DNA from: Thermoplasmatota archaeon | GTDB taxonomy: Archaea > Thermoplasmatota > Thermoplasmata > UBA10834 | Assembly (NCBI GenBank): GCA_040751795.1 | Contig: JBFMHR010000001.1 | Location: forward strand, 384,001 to 448,000 | Length of the DNA: 64,000 nt | Reading direction: 5' to 3' | In this document: piece by piece, positions 27,538 through 35,700 of the stretch | How positions within the stretch are numbered: the first letter of the stretch is position 1 | Layout of the letters: every line of letters begins with the position of its first letter | Made by a program: the position numbers and the translations under genes | Notes under the pieces: model-generated | Database searches by the model: none | Told to the model about the DNA's origin: nothing | What the model saw: the letters and a program-made list of their open reading frames with translations, nothing else

Positions 27538-28002
27538 CTAATCGTCTCCGTTCATGTCAGACGGTTTCGCGCGGGCCGAACGTACTTCGTCCCAGTCCTT
27601 TGCCCTGGCGACCTTCGCGACGGGATACTTGCTCTTGTTCTTGTGAATCTTATCGAGAAGCGCTTCCGACAAGTCAATGTCGAGGGCGTTGGCCATACAT
27701 GCACTGTAGATAACCACATCCGCGAGTTCCTCACCGATGCGTGCTCTGATTTCCTCACCCAGTTCTCCGCATTCTGGCGGATCGGGTTTCCATTGGAAGA
27801 GTTCGAGGAGCTCAGCGGACTCAATAGCTATCGAGATGGCAAGGTCCTTGGGCTTATGGTACCTCCTCCAATTCCTTTCGGACACATAACCGTCAACAAG
27901 CCGCTGGAAATCCGCAATGCCGAGTTCCTTCTCCATATCCATGGCCCCCGATGTGCCCACTCGTGCGGAATCACCTTGCATCAGATTAAACTTTACAGGC
28001 AA
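27538..28002 (-). CDS. MazG-like / dCTP pyrophosphatase family nucleotide pyrophosphohydrolase
   Basis: ERNWRRYHKPKDLAISIAIESAELLELFQW...EELADVVIY...KIHKNKSKYP; abuts DUF2075. The true start is probably the ATG at ~27942. Confidence 0.9.
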   Translation of the reverse strand: MPVKFNLMQGDSARVGTSGAMDMEKELGIADFQRLVDGYVSERNWRRYHKPKDLAISIAIESAELLELFQWKPDPPECGELGEEIRARIGEELADVVIYSACMANALDIDLSEALLDKIHKNKSKYPVAKVARAKDWDEVRSARAKPSDMNGDD

Positions 28003-28148
28003 TAGGATGCATAGACTCTACTGATTGACCGTTGCTGCCACATCCAGAGATATGATTCCTAGGTACTTCCGTCGAAGCGTCCTGACACTCTCTCTTGCCT
28101 CGTCTCCCCCCGTTCGAAACACGTACAAGCAGGTGAGTCTCTATACTC

Positions 28149-29156
28149 TCACGATCTTGTACTGTGGATATGACCTGTTTGAATGTATTTGACGAGAGCA
28201 TTCCCACGAGCTATCATGTCGTCGTAAGTGATTATGTCAATCCGAGAGAGGTGACCTGTCAATAACCTCCTCTGCAACGGATTGTCAGTGGCTTTCTTTC
28301 CAATGACAATCAATGCCCTAGGTCTGAAGACTTTGTAGGAAGGTCTCTTGTCACAGACATCCATATAGGTGAGGACCTGTCCAATAGCAGTTGATAGAGC
28401 CACGTTCAGCTTTGATCTTGTTCGCGTCTTCCGGTCGAAGATCGATTCATTCGGGCCTTTCAACTCAACCAAGTCGAGGAACGAATCATGCCTACGCAAC
28501 ATGAGGTCAAAAATGTGCTGCTTCTTTCCTTTCGGTGGGAAAGCGACATGGCCCTCTATGGACGCATAGTCAAGTCCAAACATCCATGCTGGTTTCTCGA
28601 TTTCGATAAACCTGTGGACCTCGGTTTCCGTAACATCATCCTCACTAACAAGTCTCGAAAACGCATTCAGTGTCCTTCTGTAGTGCATGATATGCTTCTT
28701 ATGTTCGGACAATTTGCCTCTTGCTTCACGACTCTGCTTTCGATAGTGCGCCTTTGCCGCATTCGCCTCTGCCAATTCGGCGCTCATCGCCTCAAATGCT
28801 TCCTCTTGATCATCAACACTGACGGGGCACTCGATGCTGGAGTATGTCCCATCACTGACTGATACTGTGTCAAAGAGGTCATCAACTACATTCCTAGCGC
28901 TTATCCACTGTTCAATCGAGCGAATATTGTAGGTTCTCCATCGTTGCCAGATCTTTGTCTTGGGTCCAGTCCGGTCAATCCTAGCTCTCCACCGCACGAC
29001 CTGCACAACCCTTCTTCCGGTCTCGACTTCGATTGCAGTGTCAACAGTGTAGGCCCATGATTTGTTCGAAGTATGACCTGTGACAATCCTACTCTGGCAA
29101 TCGTATGTGCCGCTGTCCCGAAAGACTCTCCCCAGGAATATCCCCAATGGGGACAC
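28149..29156 (-). CDS. sduA: Shedu anti-phage nuclease (DUF4263) with variant N-terminal domain
   Basis: E.EVHRFI...WMFG...FDLML...VELKGP...LSTAIGQVLTY...ALIVIG...IITYDD in the C-terminal half, after a coiled-coil linker. Confidence 0.85.
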   Translation of the reverse strand: MSPLGIFLGRVFRDSGTYDCQSRIVTGHTSNKSWAYTVDTAIEVETGRRVVQVVRWRARIDRTGPKTKIWQRWRTYNIRSIEQWISARNVVDDLFDTVSVSDGTYSSIECPVSVDDQEEAFEAMSAELAEANAAKAHYRKQSREARGKLSEHKKHIMHYRRTLNAFSRLVSEDDVTETEVHRFIEIEKPAWMFGLDYASIEGHVAFPPKGKKQHIFDLMLRRHDSFLDLVELKGPNESIFDRKTRTRSKLNVALSTAIGQVLTYMDVCDKRPSYKVFRPRALIVIGKKATDNPLQRRLLTGHLSRIDIITYDDMIARGNALVKYIQTGHIHSTRS

Positions 29157-29523
29157 TGAACCACCTCATATACACAAAATGGCGATGCCAAATAAGTAGG
29201 TATGCGTTTCTTAGTCGTATGGAGGTGCTTCGGCCTATGCTGAGCGTGCCGAAAGGACGGATTACGAAATACATTGAATTGGCGGCAACTTTCCCTCGCA
29301 ACTCTGCAGAGGCAAAGCAGTTGAGTCCCCATTCCAACATCCCGAGAAATGGCATTAACCCTCATGGCAAGTCAACATGATCTCTGCGAGCAAAACCACA
29401 GGAATCCTGATGTACACATTTGTGCACCATTGCTGTAGCTGGGTGGCGATAGTTATATCTCAGAAGATGATAATAGTAGTAATAGCAGTACTGCGTTCAG
29501 TGACTGCATCTGGGATGAAACCA

Positions 29524-29685
29524 ATGGCTACGTCGTCCTTTGACAGACCTGTTGAAATCAACGACAATCGGGCCGCTGCCAGATTGCTCGAAGCTACAAA
29601 GAGCCGTAAGGCTATAAAGAAGTTAGACGTTTCCAAGGAGCTAGAGCGTGGTTCCTCATTCCTGAAAGAGCACTTGTCTCGCTAA
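29524..29685 (+). CDS. Putative small antitoxin (53 aa) upstream of the GNAT toxin
   Basis: MATSSFDRPVEINDNRAAARLLEA...; lies immediately upstream of the GNAT gene. Confidence 0.6.
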   Translation: MATSSFDRPVEINDNRAAARLLEATKSRKAIKKLDVSKELERGSSFLKEHLSR

Positions 29686-29693
29686 CGACATCT

Positions 29694-30209
29694 TTGCGTG
29701 AAGCTAAGAAGTCGTCAATTTCCCAGATTCTCAAGGAATTCAAGTGTGAGCGAGACTTAGATGTACAGAAATTTCTGAGGAAGAACGCTATCAAGTATGA
29801 AGAGAGCAATCGCACCCGTACATACTTGTTGATTGAGAAGGAAGATCCAAAGGGACTGAGAGTTGTAGGATACTTCTCCCTCGCACTGGGAACACTCAGA
29901 TTCGGTGAAAACATCGATGGAACTACAAGGAAGCAGCTTACTGGCAGCTCGTCACGCGAGAACGCCCCTTGCTACCTGCTGGGGCAACTCGGCAAAGATG
30001 ATTCCTGTGGGAACGAAACCCTAGGACCGATGCTCATCCAAAGAGCTCTGAATATCATTCAACTGGCACAAGACCACATAGGCGGTTGCTTTGTAATGGT
30101 CGACTGCAGAGATGAAGACCGCCTATGCGCCTTCTATTATAGAAATGGGTTCTCAAGAATCCAGAAAGATGAAAGGGGACAGTACCTCCAGCTAGTTCGG
30201 TCTCTCTGA
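29694..30209 (+). CDS. GNAT acetyltransferase, TA-toxin type
   Basis: FKCERDLDVQKFL..NAI...RTYLL...VVGYFSL...PCYLLGQLGKD...AFYYRNGF pattern of TacT/AtaT-like GNATs. Confidence 0.8.
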   Translation: MREAKKSSISQILKEFKCERDLDVQKFLRKNAIKYEESNRTRTYLLIEKEDPKGLRVVGYFSLALGTLRFGENIDGTTRKQLTGSSSRENAPCYLLGQLGKDDSCGNETLGPMLIQRALNIIQLAQDHIGGCFVMVDCRDEDRLCAFYYRNGFSRIQKDERGQYLQLVRSL

Positions 30210-30477
30210 CATTGTTTTATTTAAATGCACTTGCAGATTAAGTAGATGGCCCGAGAGTGCTCGTACTAGCGCTGGATTCGACTGCAATCGCCCTGGAGGT
30301 GGCCGACCTTGTCGCGCAACAAGTGATGCAAATAAAAACCAGCTCCGAACTCGCAGCTGAGAGCACTTTCTGGGACCCCGCCACAACTGTTATATCGTCA
30401 AACTCACGATTGTAACTCGGGATGCGCTCTACTGAGCGTTTCCCAACCCTGATTCTTTCAGGGGGGAGAGTAACGAG

Positions 30478-30588
30478 ATGATAGACACAATAGCGGAATG
30501 GATGGTGAGCCATGCCATCGAAAGCACGCTCTTTGCCATGATCTTTGGATTACTTGCCAAGATGTTTGACGGAGTGAAGAGGAGATGA
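30478..30588 (+). CDS. 36-aa putative membrane peptide
   Basis: MIDTIAEWMVSHAIESTLFAMIFGLLAKMFDGVKRR; purine-rich RBS; below the ORF-track length cut-off. Confidence 0.45.
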   Translation: MIDTIAEWMVSHAIESTLFAMIFGLLAKMFDGVKRR

Positions 30589-30592
30589 ACCA

Positions 30593-30745
30593 ATGAGTCT
30601 ATTGGTCCTGGGGCTTCTGATTCTGTTCGGGGGTTCTGCAACAGTCGTATTCACACTCAGAATCGGGAACCTGAAATACACTCTGTCGATAGGCAGTCTC
30701 ATCACCATACTGTCAGTCATTTATCCGGACATCAACATCCTGTAG
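30593..30745 (+). CDS. 50-aa putative 2-TM peptide
   Basis: MSLLVLGLLILFGGSATVVFTLRIGNLKYTLSIGSLITILSVIYPDINIL; starts 4 nt after the previous stop, with GAGGAG upstream. Confidence 0.45.
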   Translation: MSLLVLGLLILFGGSATVVFTLRIGNLKYTLSIGSLITILSVIYPDINIL

Positions 30746-30801
30746 CAGCCCCACGGCACGACAGCCACCAAGCCGTACACGCATCACAGGATAGTGACAA
30801 C

Positions 30802-31035
30802 ATGGGACAGATAATCAATGCAATAATCGTGGCAATCATGATTGCACTCGTTATCCTCGGAATCATACTAATAGCGATTCCGTTGAGCATGAGTTTATCC
30901 GACAACATAGTCACGAAGATTGAGGGGATTCTGAGTGCTCCTCTCCTCATAGCGGCTGGACTCGCAGTTCTATCAGCTGCCTATGGAATAGCCATTGCGT
31001 TGCTGGGAAGGCATCGAAAATCAAGGCTAGGCTGA
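30802..31035 (+). CDS. 77-aa helical-hairpin membrane protein
   Basis: Two long hydrophobic helices, a short polar loop and a basic C-terminal tail (RHRKSR). Confidence 0.65.
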   Translation: MGQIINAIIVAIMIALVILGIILIAIPLSMSLSDNIVTKIEGILSAPLLIAAGLAVLSAAYGIAIALLGRHRKSRLG

Positions 31036-31041
31036 AGGAAG

Positions 31042-32082
31042 ATGATACGAATGAACGCGCCCAAGACATGGAATCTTGACAAACTTGCTCAAATCTACGG
31101 GCTGAAGAGACACCTCGCCCCGGGAGACTACGATGCTATTGTCAGGAAGATAGCAAAGCCGGATGAACTCATCAAGCTGAAGGAACTGGAGCACTCATTG
31201 GATGCAGAAGATGAATTCATGCTTATATCTCAGCTACTCGGAAAATGTGATTCAATCAACAAGATTGACCAGCGCAAGTTCAGATCGACGAAACGATCCA
31301 TCGCGCCAGATCTAATCGCAACATATGCCAAGGATTCAACAACGGCCGACGATTCCGAAGATCGAATCACAATATTCGTAGAAATAAAAACATGCCGTTC
31401 CGAAGTATGGAAGATCAGTCAGTCGGATTTCGACAACAGACGCAGATATGCATCAATCAACAATCTTCCACTGTGGTTCGCCATCAGATTCGAGCTCTAC
31501 AACATGGAAGCCTGGTGTCTTCTTCCAGCGGACTATATTGCAGGCAATAATCGAAGAGTACACTTGGCCAGAATATGGAACAGCCCATTCGACCTTATTC
31601 TCGGCAACATGAACATCAATCTCATGGATTTGACCTCTGTGACTGTCTGGGAAAAATCTACTGAAGAGACTTCAATTGTCAACAGAGACTGGGGAAATCT
31701 TGTTAAGACAACAATCGAGTTCGGAGGCAAGGAATACGAGTTTCTGGGGAACGACCCTAGAGCTTGGATGTTCAGACACTTCATGTCAGAAAAGGTGTCT
31801 GTGGAGACGAATGGAACTCGAACCATTGTGAGAGAACGATATCAGCGTCAATTCAAATGCCTCTACAAATTGATGATGGAATTTGCACAGAGGACTCAAT
31901 CTAGCCCTCAGGAAAGAACAGCATCATCAGTGTATGACAAGATTGTGACCGACAATGCTCTGTCCATTGCAAAGCCTGAATTCTTCATGATTGTGCTGAC
32001 CGAGCTTGAGAAACTTGGATTCATACTGACTTTCATATGGGACCCGGAGCCTAGAACCGACGAACCGACTATGTCTCGATAA
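31042..32082 (+). CDS. PD-(D/E)xK nuclease (Hjc-like core) with C-terminal extension
   Basis: AEDEF...APDLIA...IFVEIKT motif. Confidence 0.65.
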   Translation: MIRMNAPKTWNLDKLAQIYGLKRHLAPGDYDAIVRKIAKPDELIKLKELEHSLDAEDEFMLISQLLGKCDSINKIDQRKFRSTKRSIAPDLIATYAKDSTTADDSEDRITIFVEIKTCRSEVWKISQSDFDNRRRYASINNLPLWFAIRFELYNMEAWCLLPADYIAGNNRRVHLARIWNSPFDLILGNMNINLMDLTSVTVWEKSTEETSIVNRDWGNLVKTTIEFGGKEYEFLGNDPRAWMFRHFMSEKVSVETNGTRTIVRERYQRQFKCLYKLMMEFAQRTQSSPQERTASSVYDKIVTDNALSIAKPEFFMIVLTELEKLGFILTFIWDPEPRTDEPTMSR

Positions 32083-32352
32083 CCCTACATACACGGAGTT
32101 CTTTAAATCGGAGTCGATAACCACAGCACGAGAGGCATCGAGAGGGAAAAAGACGGATCAGGGAGGCATCCCGAGATCCTCGATTGTCGCTCGAAGACGA
32201 TCCCTCTCGAGTCCGTCCCGGATGCGTCTCGCCGTCGAGACGGATCGGAGAGGCAAGAGACGCATCGCGTTGCGGGGCGACTAATCGGCCGTTCTCGAGT
32301 GAAATCCTGGTTTGTGAATAAAAAATGAGTAAGGAGTTTAGCTCGGAGCTAT

Positions 32353-32404
32353 AAACCTCTGATTCGAAATTAGCCAGATGTGTCGATATGCATCCGGCTC
32401 CCTG
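32353..32404. repeat. attR: right inverted arm plus 13-bp core
   Basis: AAACCTCTGATTCGAAATTAGCCAGATGTGTCGATATGCA overlaps the core ATCCGGCTCCCTG (32392-32404). Confidence 0.9.
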
Positions 32405-32737
32405 TGTAGTCATAGCCCCGTGCCGACACGCAATCCCTCATTGACACACTAATATGAGCGCTGAATTGAACAGGAATACAGCGACAACAGTGGTTATAAT
32501 GCACGATGTGGCGATGCAACGGACTACGCTGTTGGCGAGGATCATTGGCCGACAAAGTATATGTGCTAGATATACAATCCGTGGCTGCACTTCGGCTAAG
32601 GTCGAGGTGAATCGTGGGGTCGAGGAACTGGCTGAGAACAATCGCCGGGTGAGGCTCCGCTGCAATCATGCGTACGTCTGCGGCGGCATCCGTCCCAGCT
32701 AGATATCGCATCGACACCCCCCTGCTGAAGCTGGGGT

Positions 32738-35700
32738 GTGGGTACAGTGAAGGAGTCGACGGTTCGAGGTTCGGGGGCAGGCACGAGCGGAATGCCTGAG
32801 ATCGATAGAGGGACAAGCGCAAGGACGCTTTCACGGAGGGTCCATACATTCGCATTAGCGTTCGCAATCATCGCGACCGTGTTGCTGATCTTTGTGGCAT
32901 TTGCGCCAGCCGCGCAAGCATCTTGCGAGGATGCACTGAACAGTTACGCCTATGATCTCCCTTCGAACTCCGACCAGCTTGCCACCAGTGAGGAAGAAAG
33001 CACCTGGGCAGACGACGGTGAGACATCAAGTCCTGAGCCTCCGTCCATTGACGAACTGTCTGACCTCGGACACGGTTTCGAGACGCGTTCATTCTACTCT
33101 CAAATCGACCCCAATGTCGTGAATGTGCTTGGCAGTGAGGACTCAAGCGATGCGCCCCATTCCTCCTACCAGGAAACCGACACGCTTGGCAGCAACGACT
33201 CATACGGTTTCCCGAGCTTGGAGAATGAGACTTCTTCAGACTATTGGAACTCTAATGCCTTTGGCCGATATAGATTGAGTGCCGATGATTACTCGAAAAT
33301 GGTTCTTTACGACAGTGGTTCCATGCAAGTTGCATCCGCATGGTTCGACGTCGAATCAGACATCGGAGCGACACTTGGCACTGCCACCATTGTCTCGAGA
33401 ACGTCCTCCCACATACTGACAAGTCAGCCGTTAGTCCTCGGCGAAGACGACATCGGCGAGCTGCTGATACTCACTGAATTCCGATTCGCCGAGAAGCCGA
33501 AAGTCACTGCGGAACTATCGTCTGCGTGGATTGACGAATTGAGCGTGTCATGGAACATCCAGCTCATGTTCGATGCGATTCAAACACCCGATGACTTGTT
33601 CAATGTCACTGATCTGGTAGACGGACCATCGATGAGCATAGCAGGCCACTCTGTAGAAGTGGGGACGATGTCTGACGAAGGAAGATGGCAAAGTCGACTT
33701 GGATTAGACTGGTCGGATGCTGGCTGCGGAGATTTCAGCGTGCGCAATATGGGTCTTGATAACATAGCCAAGATTGTCTTTCCAAAGGGAATGGGCTTAG
33801 TGGACCCCACGATTGTCTGCACGTCGTACTATCAGAACTCCCTCCCTGGCGCCCCGTTCAGGAACACTGTCTACAGCGGCGGGTCCTATTGGCTATTCGT
33901 AGCGGGCCACAATTGGATTCAGTATCACCGAAGCGATGACCAGGGTGTCACATGGTCAGAACCCACTTACTTCGCAGAAATCTACTGTCCACAGCGCCCA
34001 GGTACTTTCGATGTCGCAGTACAGAACAATCAAGTGGCCGTGGCTTGGATGGACCTTTGGAACACGGAACAATATGAAGTGCGATACATCGATGGGTACA
34101 TCACTGGCTCTTCGATATCATGGAACACGGCAATCTATGTCGACTCAGTCATGTCCGGCCACTATGGATGGTTCGGCGGAGTCACTCTCGGCGTCGATGG
34201 TACAGCATATGTGTGCTATGCGGAGAAGAAGCTTGACGATTCAGGGGTTTATCTCTTGGGACTGACCACCATGAAGAAACCGTTTGATTCCAATTCATTC
34301 TCAGAGTTCGCCAATACCTTCCCAGAGTACCCAATCCTGCCTGGGAGCGTCCCATTTATACGGCCGATGTCCGTCACAACGGGAGCCGACAGCGTCGCTT
34401 TCACTGCCCTCGTAGGAGTCGACACTGTTGACCCGGAGCCAATCTCTTACGTGATCACTGTTGTCTCGCCGAACGGAGGAGAAGAGTGGATGCGGGAGAC
34501 ATACTATGATATTCTGTGGACCACAGAACCAGGTATCGGTTACGTCAAGATTGAGCTATATCAGAATGGGAATCCATTCTACGTAATTGACTATAGCGAT
34601 TACAATGACGGGCATTATGAATGGAGAGTTCCATCTACGCTTCCCACGGGACAGTACTACCTGAGGGTGTCCGATACTGGCGACCCAGACGTTTGGGATG
34701 AGAGTGATGATCCGTTCTCAATAGTCTTGGTTCCGTTGTGCGTGATATCACCGAACGGAGGAGAAGAGTGGGCGCGGGATACATACCATGATATTCTGTG
34801 GACCATAGCATCAGGTATAGGTTATGTCAAGATCGCGCTCTATCAGAATGGTAATCTTTTCTACTCAATTGACTCTAGCGATCCCAATGACGGATATTAT
34901 GAATGGAGAGTCCCAGCATTGTTCACCGTGGGACAGTACTACCTGAGGGTGTCCGATGCCAGCCACCCAGACGTATGGGATGAGAGTGACAACGCGTTCT
35001 CAATAGTGCTTTCAGCCACCACATTGCGCGTTACATCGCCAAATGGCGGAGAGGAATGGTGGCAAGGGAGTACACACCTAATCACATGGACTACATCTCT
35101 AACCTTGCCCGGCGTCATTGAGTTGTGGAATGTCGCAAGCAACCAGGGAACACAACTGGCTCCTGTTGAGTTGAGTCTTGGCCAATTCTCTTGGGTCATT
35201 TCGAGCAGCCAGGCAATTGGCGACAACTACAAGATCAGAATAAGATCGGCATTTGGCGGTTACGAAGACTGGAGCGACAGTGTCTTCCGCATTGTCCCAG
35301 TCCCACCAAGTTCGATTTCGGTCTTGTGTCCGAACGGGGGTGAAACTCTCTACTACGGGCGTTCATTCTACGTCAATTGGACCTCTGAGGGGACAGTCGC
35401 AACGGGACCTGTCAAGATCGCATTGTATTCTGAGGGGTGGCAGAGGCTACTGATTACTGACGAAACGGAGAACGACGGGTCGTACAGGTGTTCGTGGTCT
35501 CCAGACTGGTGGCTTGATCATGGCGCCAAATACCAAGTGAGAGTGTCGAGCCTGGTTGACACAGGCATCTATGACTATTCGGATGCCTTCTTCTCGATGT
35601 CGTTCTTCATTCCCAAGGAGGGCATAGACCACTCAAGCATACTAGTCAACGTGTACAGACCAAATGCAAACACATGGGCCCTCTCTGCTTGGGACATCAT

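Larger units (their letters stand above)
6652..32404. mobile_element. tRNA-Leu-integrated tyrosine-recombinase defence island (~25.7 kb)
   Basis: 13-bp direct repeat ATCCGGCTCCCTG at 6652-6664 (tRNA 3' end) and 32392-32404; adjacent integrase; visible GC drop; defence gene cargo. Confidence 0.92.

Noticed and set aside
6652-32404. Casposon (TIRs plus target duplication at tRNA-Leu)
   Set aside because: No Cas1 or family B polymerase is present; a tyrosine recombinase with att-type ends explains the structure.
32454-32702. 82-aa ORF upstream of the Rhs gene
   Set aside because: No motif or convincing RBS; more likely promoter or leader sequence.
34465-35007. DGR template/variable repeat pair
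   Set aside because: Both copies are in frame within the Rhs gene, the differences are not adenine-specific, and there is no reverse transcriptase.
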